Virus record (IMG/VR): IMGVR_UViG_3300009128_000011
Coordinates: 8,017 to 72,016 of that record
DNA length: 64,000 bases
Reading direction: 5' to 3' (one strand)
From: a virus
A program made the translations under genes and the position numbers. Positions 46,487 through 54,238 of this stretch are shown here, piece after piece. The first letter of the stretch is position 1. The number at the start of each line of letters is the position of its first letter. The notes beneath the pieces were generated by a model. That model was not told the DNA's origin. It did not search any database and saw only the letters and a list, made by a program, of their open reading frames with translations.

Positions 46487-46743
46487 GACGCCTTCTTCCT
46501 CCGGTCCGGGTGGTCCAGCCGGGCCTGATCGACCTCGTCCCGCAGGCGGTAGGACCAGTGCTCGGGGGGGTCGAGGGCGAGTTGCTGCAGGTCGCGCTCG
46601 AACGATCCGGTTGGGGTCGCCAGCCCCCGCACGTACTTCGACGCCTGCGTGTGGGAGCAGCCGAGCACCTGGGCGAGGCCGCGCTGGGTGAGGCCCGTCA
46701 CCTGGCAGGCGGTGCGGGCGAGGGTGGGGGTCTTGGTCTTCAT
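46483..46743 (-). CDS. XRE-type HTH protein
   Basis: GLTQRGLAQVLGCSHTQASKYVRG. Confidence 0.75.
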   Translation of the reverse strand: MKTKTPTLARTACQVTGLTQRGLAQVLGCSHTQASKYVRGLATPTGSFERDLQQLALDPPEHWSYRLRDEVDQARLDHPDRRKKAS

Positions 46744-47054
46744 GGGGTCTCGTTCTCCTTGGTGGTGGGATCCCAGCTCCGGACGCACATGATGGTCGAA
46801 CCGTCGGGCAGCCCTTCGTTGAGCAGTGCGCAAACGAGTGCGCGCACCCCGGGCTGGTCGGCCACTTCGAGCCGGTCCAGAAGCACGGGACAGACGGAAA
46901 CGGCTCTGCGCTCCCTGGCCTGCTCCTCTCCTTCCTGGAGCGTGGCGTAGAACCGGATGCGGCGAGTCCGCACGACCCGCGGCGTCCCGTCCGGACTCGG
47001 GTGAGCGCTCGGGCGCTCTTCCTGCCAGGTGACTCGGTAGACGGTGGCAGTCAT
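46740..47054 (-). CDS. Hypothetical protein
   Basis: GAGGGA SD; ATGA overlap. Confidence 0.55.
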   Translation of the reverse strand: MTATVYRVTWQEERPSAHPSPDGTPRVVRTRRIRFYATLQEGEEQARERRAVSVCPVLLDRLEVADQPGVRALVCALLNEGLPDGSTIMCVRSWDPTTKENETP

Positions 47055-47249
47055 CTAGTTGTCCCTCCCCAGCCGCAGGGGGCAGGTGTCGCAGGACGGC
47101 AGCCCCAACCGGAGGCGGATGACCATCTCCTCCTCGTCGGTGAGACCGGCGTCTTGGATGAGGCGCTCCACCTCCTCTCGCCCCTCGGGGGTGCGGGCCT
47201 TGGCGCGCAGCTCGTCGAGCCTGGTGTCGTCGTCGTTCTTCGTGGCCAT
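47055..47249 (-). CDS. Hypothetical protein (sigma region-4-like LTDEEEMVIRLRLGL)
   Basis: GGAGG SD; packed within the cassette. Confidence 0.55.
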   Translation of the reverse strand: MATKNDDDTRLDELRAKARTPEGREEVERLIQDAGLTDEEEMVIRLRLGLPSCDTCPLRLGRDN

Positions 47250-47251
47250 GG

Positions 47252-47872
47252 CTATGCCAGCGCCTCCACCGTGCCCTCGAACGCCTGGCCCTGGAAGGTC
47301 CACTCGCCGTCGTCCCAGCACTCGTAGGCGGCAGCGGTCTCCCGCACGAACTCGGCCAGCGTGTAGGCCGGCCCGTCGTCGAGCATCACGTCGAAGCCGT
47401 CGGGCTCGTCCAGGGTGGTGATCCGGTGGGTGGGCTTCCACCCGTCGAGCACGCCGGGCGCCCACTCGTAGGTCTCGTCGCCGTCGATGGCCTCGTCGAT
47501 CAGCCGGTCCTGCTCGGCGCGGTAGGCGATCTCGAAGGTGCGCACCGTCTCGGGCGTGGGCTCCGGTCCGGTGAGCTCGTGCAGCCCGTTCTCGAAGTCG
47601 CCGTCGTAGGGGTCGTGGGGCTCGGCGGGGAGCCCGACGGCCTTCGCGTTGCCCTGGGCGCACTCGACGGCGCAGGTGACGATCAGCTCGGGGAGGAGGG
47701 GATCCTCCATCCAGATCAGCCCCGCGTCCTCGGCGGCGACCTCCCGGGCCTCGGCCCGCGTCAGGTCGTCGCAGGCGCCCTCCTCGGGGTCGGCGTACTT
47801 GCAGAGCAGCAGGTTGTGCTCCTCCGCGTGGTCGATGGCGGCGTGTCCGGTCAGGGTGCAGGTGGCGTCCAC
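47252..47872 (-). CDS. Acidic hypothetical protein immediately downstream of the hammerhead
   Basis: GAGGAGG SD before the GTG at 47872; alternative in-frame ATG at 47896. Confidence 0.75.
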   Translation of the reverse strand: MDATCTLTGHAAIDHAEEHNLLLCKYADPEEGACDDLTRAEAREVAAEDAGLIWMEDPLLPELIVTCAVECAQGNAKAVGLPAEPHDPYDGDFENGLHELTGPEPTPETVRTFEIAYRAEQDRLIDEAIDGDETYEWAPGVLDGWKPTHRITTLDEPDGFDVMLDDGPAYTLAEFVRETAAAYECWDDGEWTFQGQAFEGTVEALA

Positions 47873-47887
47873 GGTGTCCTCCTCGGT

Positions 47888-47951
47888 GTCGTGCATCCCG
47901 GACGGGCCGAAGCCCGTTTCGTCCGCCGCCGCGGACTCGTCAGCGGGCGAC
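47888..47951 (-). ncRNA. Type I hammerhead ribozyme
   Basis: GUCG-CCCG / CUGACGA / GUCCGC-GGCG-GCGGAC / GAA / ACGGGC-UUCG-GCCCGU / C / CGGG-AUGCA-CGAC: complete core, three paired stems, GUC cleavage triplet. Confidence 0.93.
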
Positions 47952-48158
47952 GTCCCAGTCCATCCCCTCCCGGCGCCCGTTCTCCGTCCACTCGGCCCAG
48001 CGGGGGAGGTCGGACGGCCTGAGGTCGGCGGCCTGGAGGATGCGCATCCGCACCCCCGCGTCCGTCGCCCCGCACAGGTTGACGGGACCCTCGACGAACC
48101 GCTTGCAGATGCGGGCGTTGGGGCCGTAGGCGATGGTGATGTTGGCGGCCTTGCTCAT
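47940..48158 (-). CDS. Hypothetical protein whose stop codon lies in the hammerhead core
   Basis: GAGGAGGAG SD; MSKAANITIAYG... Confidence 0.65.
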   Translation of the reverse strand: MSKAANITIAYGPNARICKRFVEGPVNLCGATDAGVRMRILQAADLRPSDLPRWAEWTENGRREGMDWDVAR

Positions 48159-48276
48159 CTTCTCCTCCTCGGTGTCGTAGCCTCCTACCCCGAAAGCCCC
48201 GACCCTTGCGGGTACGGGCGGGGGAGGGGGAGGGGGGCGGTCTAGGCGGCGAAGTCGGGGGAGGAAGGTCTGCATG

Positions 48277-48480
48277 CTACGCCAGCGCCTGCACCAGCGG
48301 GGCGTAGAAGCCGCCGCTGTCCGCGTCCACCTGGTTGCTGTAGTCGACCTCCCACCCATCGGGGATGACCGCGTCGACCTCCTCGGCGTCCACGCCGTCC
48401 GCGTACCAGACGCGGGGGCCGACGGCGGCGTCGAGGTCGATGATGACGGCGTCGAACTGCTGCCGGGGCGTGGCGTCCAT
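48277..48480 (-). CDS. Acidic hypothetical protein, first gene of cassette 4
   Basis: GGAG SD; 33 nt from the predicted TSS; alternative ATG at 48513. Confidence 0.65.
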   Translation of the reverse strand: MDATPRQQFDAVIIDLDAAVGPRVWYADGVDAEEVDAVIPDGWEVDYSNQVDADSGGFYAPLVQALA

Positions 48481-48512
48481 GTCGTGCTCCGTGTTGTTGT
48501 GTTCCCTGACCA

Positions 48513-48579
48513 TGCCTATATGGTACCAACCCCCTTCGTGGACGTCAAGGGGAAAAGCGCACGGTGGGCAAAAAAGATC
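48513..48579 (-). promoter_or_regulatory. Conserved cassette promoter, copy 4
   Basis: GATCTTTTTTGCCCACCGTGCGCTTTTCCCC-TTGACG-17 nt-TACCAT. Confidence 0.85.
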
Positions 48580-48635
48580 GCCGGCCAGCAGCCCCCTGGT
48601 CGCGCCCCGGCCGCGTCGTGTAGGATGGGAACCTC

Positions 48636-49934
48636 GTGGCGCGCACTCTCACCACCATGCTGGTCGACCTCGAAGTGCGTTCCCGCCGCGCCGACCGCTT
48701 CGCCGGCCTCGACTGGTTCACCACCCGCGACCGCCTGCGGTGGTCCCGCCTCGCCAACGCGCAGCCGGGGGTCTATGACTCCGACCTGCGGGAGTTCTTC
48801 GGCGACCGAATCACCCTGCGGCCGACGACCCCCTTCTCGGGCACCTACACGACGGGGAGCGGGGGCGCTGCCTACTTCTGCACCTACCGGCGCACCGTGC
48901 CCGAGGCGAAGTCTTGGGCGGCCATCGAGCTGCTCTACGCCGAGCCCGAGCCCACGACCAACGTCCGGTTCCTCCTCGGCGACGCCACCGCCAGCCTGTA
49001 CCGGTGGGACGGCGCGGCCTGGCAGGTGACCGACCCCGCGGTCTCCGGCAACTGGAACACCGAGGCCCAGCTCGTCGAAGGCTTCCCCTCCTGGACCGGC
49101 ACCGTCGTCCGCGTGGCCTTCCGGCTGGCGACGTCGGACGAGGACATCACCCCGACCGTCTACGGCGCCCGGGCCTTCGCCAGGATCTGGAGCCCGAGCC
49201 CGGTCGAAGACTTGGTCCTGCGGACGGTCATGCCCTACTTCGCCACCGCGGCCACGCCGGCCAGGTACAGCGAGGACGCCGACGGGTCGGGGACGGTGGA
49301 CCTGTCCACCATGGTCGAGTACCGGCCGGCGGACGTGACCCCTTTCGCCGTGCACAACGTCACCGACGACCCCACCGAGCAGATCGACCTCTTCCAGGCG
49401 TGGAACGCCGGAACGTTCCGGGTCACCCTGACCGCTGCGCAGGACGCAGGCGACGAGCTGCTGATCGACATGAACGTCGCCCCCCTCGTGGCGCGCGCCG
49501 CGCATCGCGACTACCTGGAGGTGAGCCGGCTCCCGGCCCTGATCATCCAGGGGGTGGAGGTCGTCGACGAGCCGAGCCGGCACGTCCCCACCGCGGTCAA
49601 GGACCGAGCCGCGCTCACGGCCCGGGAGATCGACCGGCCCGACAACTTCCGGCTGGTGCTGGACGTCCTGGCGGTGGCGGGCTACGATACCGAGCTGCAA
49701 CGGCTGTGCGACGCGGTGGACGCCTTGACGACCTGGGCCTACTCAGGGGTGACCGGAGAGCCTGTATCCGTGCGCCGTCTGGGCAACTGGACCCCGCGCG
49801 ACGGGGGCGGCGACAACGTCGTCGACGCGCGGGCCTCCTTCGAGGCGGCCGGGATGATCGCGTACCGCGGCCAGGACACAGCCGCAGCCCTGCTCAACGA
49901 GATGGTGCCAACGGTGGCGGAGAACGCCACGTAG
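48636..49934 (+). CDS. Probable tail terminator / neck protein with extra domains
   Basis: Directly upstream of the sheath gene; C-terminal RLPALII...LDVLAV...ARASF pattern. Confidence 0.55.
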   Translation: MARTLTTMLVDLEVRSRRADRFAGLDWFTTRDRLRWSRLANAQPGVYDSDLREFFGDRITLRPTTPFSGTYTTGSGGAAYFCTYRRTVPEAKSWAAIELLYAEPEPTTNVRFLLGDATASLYRWDGAAWQVTDPAVSGNWNTEAQLVEGFPSWTGTVVRVAFRLATSDEDITPTVYGARAFARIWSPSPVEDLVLRTVMPYFATAATPARYSEDADGSGTVDLSTMVEYRPADVTPFAVHNVTDDPTEQIDLFQAWNAGTFRVTLTAAQDAGDELLIDMNVAPLVARAAHRDYLEVSRLPALIIQGVEVVDEPSRHVPTAVKDRAALTAREIDRPDNFRLVLDVLAVAGYDTELQRLCDAVDALTTWAYSGVTGEPVSVRRLGNWTPRDGGGDNVVDARASFEAAGMIAYRGQDTAAALLNEMVPTVAENAT

Positions 49935-49946
49935 CGGAGGACGAGC

Positions 49947-52655
49947 ATGCCAAGCCGCATCTACGGCCCGATCAACGCCCCTGGAGTCGGGCTCGAGGAG
50001 CTCACGACCCCCCGGCCGCCCCAGCCGGGGCAGATCGGGACGAGCTACGTCCTCGGCTCGTACCGCCGGGGCCCCGTGGGCGGTCCCGGGGTGCCCCCCG
50101 TGGCGATCCGTTCCATGGCCGACCTCTGGCGGCGCCGTGGCGTCAAGGTCGACGCGGCCGCGGATCACTGCGCCGAGCAGGCCTGCCGGGCCTTCCTCGA
50201 TATGGCCGAGGGCGGCGGAGCGCTGTACACCGAGCGCGTCTGCGACGGGACCGAGGTGGCCTCCACCTGGACCCTGCTCACCCGCCGGTGCCCCCGCGGC
50301 GTCCTGTGCCGCAACGACGACACGCTGACCCCGACGGCGGTCACGGCCGTCTGCGAGTGGGCGGGCCGGGACGGCGGCAAGCAGAAGATCCTCGGCGGTC
50401 TGCTTCCCCTGCTGGCGAACATCACGGTCACGACCGTGGCGACCAGTAAGACGATGCTGCTCAACGAGCTGCGCGGCGGCACGCTGACCCTGCGGGGCGT
50501 GAGCGCCCGCACCTACACCATCGTGAGCAACACCACGGCCGGCGTGATCAGCGTCGAAGCCGATGCCACGATGGATACCGACATCGCGGCCGACGACCCG
50601 ACGAACCTCTACTGGATGGTCGAGGTCGTCAACCTGGAGACCGACGAGGAGAAGGGGGCGACCCGGCGTGCCGTCGCCCTGCGCGTTTCCCCGCGGGGGG
50701 CCAGGCGCCCCGCCATCGAGTGCGGCCTGCGGGTCAAGCTCGACCGCTTCGAGCAGCAGCACTACCCCGACCTGTCCATGGTCGCCGGCATCCCCGGACG
50801 CTCCGAGATCGCCGGACGGGTCAACAACGACAGCAACAACCACGAAGTCACGCTGGTCAACGCCTGGACGGGGGGAGACCAGGCGGACGCCCGGCCCGCC
50901 AACTGGGCCGGCATCGCCACCGCGGTCTCCGCCGGCGGCCTGACCCTGCGAATCGTCGAGTGGCAGCGGACGGTGGGCAACGCGACGGGGTGGATCGACA
51001 CCTTCACCTACGGCACCGACCTGCGCCCGCAGACCATCACGCTGACCTTCCTGACGCCGACCACCTACACGGTGGCCACCGACCTGGGGATCGAGGACAT
51101 CCCGAACGCGGGGGCGCTGGGGGCCAACGCGCTGGACGCGCTGCACCCGCAGCTCATGGGCTTCACCGTGACCGCCGGCGCCGTGGCCTTCCAGGCCGGC
51201 GACGTCATCGTGATCCGGGTCAAGGCGCTCCCCACCGACGGGCAGATGGTGGGGGCCCGGCTCTGGCCGGACGGCGACGGCACCAACGCCGGCGTGAGCG
51301 TCCCGATCCAGTCCAGCACCTCCCGCACCGTGACGGTGCCGACGAGCTACGACCTGACCTCTCTGGCGAGCGTCCCCCTCCAGGCGGGGGCGACGACCAC
51401 CGCGGCGGGCCCGTGGAACACCGCGGCCGGCTCCCACGGTGGTCCGGTCACCCTGACGGGGATCTCCGTCACCCAGGACGGGACGGCGGTGGCGGTGGCC
51501 GACTACACCTTCCCCGACACGGTCAACCTGACCGCTGCCGCCCTCAAGGCCGACTGGGACGCCCACGCTGCCTGTCTGCTGGCGACGATCAACGCCGACG
51601 GGACCGTGACGCTGGGCAGCGAGGGGACCGGCGGCCTGGTGAGCTTCACCTACACGGGCGGCACGGCCATCGGGATCCTGATGCCGGCCGCTGCCACCTG
51701 GACCGGCACCGACGGCTCCCTGATCCTGATCGAGTACGACCAGGAGGGGCAGGCGGGCTACGACGGCATCGCCGCCCTGGCCGCCGCGGACGTCGTCGGA
51801 GCGCTCGACCAGAACGGCAGCATCGCCGAGATCCAGGAGGACAACACCGGCCTGATCGTCATCGCCGCCCCCGGCTGGGCGTTCGACAACGTGGTGGCCG
51901 CGGGCAACCAGCTCGCCGCGGACATCAACGCCGTCTTCCTGCCCGAGTACGCCATCACCGTCCTGACCGAGGCCGCTGCCGTGGCCAAGATCTCGGACGA
52001 CTGGGGGCTCGACGACTTCATGTGGCCCTTCTGGCCGTCGTGGGGCTTCGTCGACGCCCGGGACGGCGCAGGAGGGCAGGAGCAGGTCTCCCTGGCTGGC
52101 CACATCATGGGGCTGCAGGCGCGCTCCTGGGCCAGCAACGGCATGGGCAAGGCGCCGTCGGGGACCTCGACGAAGCTGCGGGGCGTCCTGCGTCTGCTCA
52201 AAGCGAACGACGACGTGCTCCCCGATGCCGAGCAGCTCAACCTGACGGGCATCCGGACCATCACGAAGCGCGGCACGACCGACTTCATCATCTGGGGCGA
52301 CCGGTGCCCCGGGGAGACCGAGGTCTGGGTCCACAAGCGGGCGATCAAGGGGCAGGTGGGGCGGGAGCTCGTCTACCCCGGCAACTTCGCCCAGTACATC
52401 TTTGAGACGAACGACACCACCCTGTGGGGCCGGCTCAACGTCGCCCTGCGCCAGCTCCTGCTGCCGCACTACGAGGACGGCTGGTTCGACTCGGATCGGG
52501 AGTTCGACGACGCGGTGCAGATCCAGATCGACGACGAGAACAACACCGCGGCCACCATCGCCGCCGGCCGGGTCATCGTGGACCTCGGCCTGTACCTGCC
52601 GAACACGGCCGAGCAGATCTGGTTCCGGCTCTCCGAGCTGGGCGTGGAGATCTAG
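49947..52655 (+). CDS. Contractile tail sheath protein
   Basis: N-terminal APGV.LEE, RGPVG; C-terminal IWGDR, YIFETNDTTLW, IDDENNT...GRV...NTAEQI. Confidence 0.92.
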   Translation: MPSRIYGPINAPGVGLEELTTPRPPQPGQIGTSYVLGSYRRGPVGGPGVPPVAIRSMADLWRRRGVKVDAAADHCAEQACRAFLDMAEGGGALYTERVCDGTEVASTWTLLTRRCPRGVLCRNDDTLTPTAVTAVCEWAGRDGGKQKILGGLLPLLANITVTTVATSKTMLLNELRGGTLTLRGVSARTYTIVSNTTAGVISVEADATMDTDIAADDPTNLYWMVEVVNLETDEEKGATRRAVALRVSPRGARRPAIECGLRVKLDRFEQQHYPDLSMVAGIPGRSEIAGRVNNDSNNHEVTLVNAWTGGDQADARPANWAGIATAVSAGGLTLRIVEWQRTVGNATGWIDTFTYGTDLRPQTITLTFLTPTTYTVATDLGIEDIPNAGALGANALDALHPQLMGFTVTAGAVAFQAGDVIVIRVKALPTDGQMVGARLWPDGDGTNAGVSVPIQSSTSRTVTVPTSYDLTSLASVPLQAGATTTAAGPWNTAAGSHGGPVTLTGISVTQDGTAVAVADYTFPDTVNLTAAALKADWDAHAACLLATINADGTVTLGSEGTGGLVSFTYTGGTAIGILMPAAATWTGTDGSLILIEYDQEGQAGYDGIAALAAADVVGALDQNGSIAEIQEDNTGLIVIAAPGWAFDNVVAAGNQLAADINAVFLPEYAITVLTEAAAVAKISDDWGLDDFMWPFWPSWGFVDARDGAGGQEQVSLAGHIMGLQARSWASNGMGKAPSGTSTKLRGVLRLLKANDDVLPDAEQLNLTGIRTITKRGTTDFIIWGDRCPGETEVWVHKRAIKGQVGRELVYPGNFAQYIFETNDTTLWGRLNVALRQLLLPHYEDGWFDSDREFDDAVQIQIDDENNTAATIAAGRVIVDLGLYLPNTAEQIWFRLSELGVEI

Positions 52656-52690
52656 CGGGCGCCTGCGCCCTAGCATAGGAGGCAAGCAGC

Positions 52691-53104
52691 ATGCCGACCC
52701 CAGGACAGGACGACGCCCGCAGCACGAAGTTCGTCCTCTTCGCCGGCACCGCCCGGCTCGAGCCCGTGACCATCTCGGGCATCCAGGACGAGTACGTGGC
52801 CGTCGAGCGGCCCGACCGCACCCGGCGGGTGTCGGACCAGCGGGTGCCGTTCGACTTCACGATGACCTTCAAGGTGCGGGACCGCGTGGCGCTCGCCTTC
52901 CTGCGCACCTGGCGCAGCACCCGCGAGCACATCGACTGCACCCTGATCCTGCAGACGGAGGACCGCGAGGAGGTGGGCACGCTCCAACTCCTGAAGGTCT
53001 GCCCGCGCATGTGGTCGATCACCGACCTGTCGGTCTCCGAGGACGCCACCGAGGTGACCAAGGAGCTGACCTTCACGTGCGACGGCGTCAACGAACTCAC
53101 GTAA
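52691..53104 (+). CDS. Tail tube protein
   Basis: 137 aa directly after the sheath gene; beta-rich. Confidence 0.8.
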   Translation: MPTPGQDDARSTKFVLFAGTARLEPVTISGIQDEYVAVERPDRTRRVSDQRVPFDFTMTFKVRDRVALAFLRTWRSTREHIDCTLILQTEDREEVGTLQLLKVCPRMWSITDLSVSEDATEVTKELTFTCDGVNELT

Positions 53105-53141
53105 CGCCGTCGCTTCGCCCGAGCCTATCCCGGAGGCGAGG

Positions 53142-54101
53142 ATGACGAAGCCCGACGAGACCGAGGGGGGCATGCCCCCGGAGAAAGAGAGCACCGTCCC
53201 CGACGAGGCGGACGGAGGCACCGTTCCAGAGGAGGACCTGTCCGACGAGTTGCTGGAGGGACAGCGGTGGACAACGGTCGGCGACCTCGGCCACCGGCTC
53301 CCGTGCGCCGTCGGCCCAGACGTCTCCTACACCTTCCGCACCGCCAACCTGGGGCTGAAGCTGGAGCGGGGACGCAAGGTGCCGGAGACGCTCAAGGCGC
53401 GTCCCATGCTCTACCTCGCCCACTTCCTGGCGGTCTCGCTGGAGAGCGTACAGGGGCGCAGGCTGACCGACATGGGGGTCGAAGAGGCCGCTCTCCTCAT
53501 GCGCTCGTTGCCGTCTTCATCGGTCCTGCAGATGCTCGTCAGGTACTGGATCGACCGTCGCGGTTCGGACGTGTTGGTCCGGGATGACATCATCTGCCCC
53601 CAGGTGTCGTGCGGGGCGGTCCAGGACGTGCCGCTCCACCTGTCGCAGATGCGCGTGCGGGCGTGGGATCATCTCGACGCCCTGCCGCGCATCGAGTGCG
53701 AGCTGGTCGACGACTTCAGATTCCCCGGCGACCGGACGGTCAGCGCGGTCGCCATGGAGCCGGCGCCGTGGGACGCATGCTGCGAGCTCGGAGACGGCCA
53801 ACTCGCCTCGGAAGGGGAGCAGGAGGTGGCGAACCTGCAGCGGGCCATCGTCAGCACCGATACCGTCGAGGGGCGTGTCACGATCCCGAGGCCGGTGCTG
53901 GAGCGGCTGTCTGCCGACGACGCCGTGGGGCTGGGCCTCGACCTGGACCTGCTGTCCGGTGGTCCAGAGATGGCCATGGGTGCGGAGTGCGCGCGCTGCA
54001 AGAGCACGTTCTACGTGGGGGTGCCGTTCAGTAGCCTGGATTTTTTCGGGCAGGAGGTGCGGAGGATGCGCCGACGCCGCAGGAGGTTGGTGAGCAGCTA
54101 G
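53142..54101 (+). CDS. Tail assembly chaperone
   Basis: Between tube and tape measure; CxxC motifs; ends with LDFF at a slippery site. Confidence 0.8.
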   Translation: MTKPDETEGGMPPEKESTVPDEADGGTVPEEDLSDELLEGQRWTTVGDLGHRLPCAVGPDVSYTFRTANLGLKLERGRKVPETLKARPMLYLAHFLAVSLESVQGRRLTDMGVEEAALLMRSLPSSSVLQMLVRYWIDRRGSDVLVRDDIICPQVSCGAVQDVPLHLSQMRVRAWDHLDALPRIECELVDDFRFPGDRTVSAVAMEPAPWDACCELGDGQLASEGEQEVANLQRAIVSTDTVEGRVTIPRPVLERLSADDAVGLGLDLDLLSGGPEMAMGAECARCKSTFYVGVPFSSLDFFGQEVRRMRRRRRRLVSS

Positions 54102-54238
54102 CCTTCCTGGGGCACGTCTGCCACCAGCCAGCATCGGAGGTGCTCGCCATGGAGGACGCGGTGAGAAGATCGATGCTGAAGACGGCCCACAAGCTGTACC
54201 GAACCTGGGCGGAGGTCCAGGGGGCGAAGCTGCGGTAG
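54041..54238 (+). other. Programmed -1 frameshift site (T TTT TTC) and extension frame of the chaperone
   Basis: The -1 frame stays open to TAG 54236-54238 (…QLAFLGHVCHQPASEVLAMEDAVRR…) and abuts the tape-measure ATG. Confidence 0.8.
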
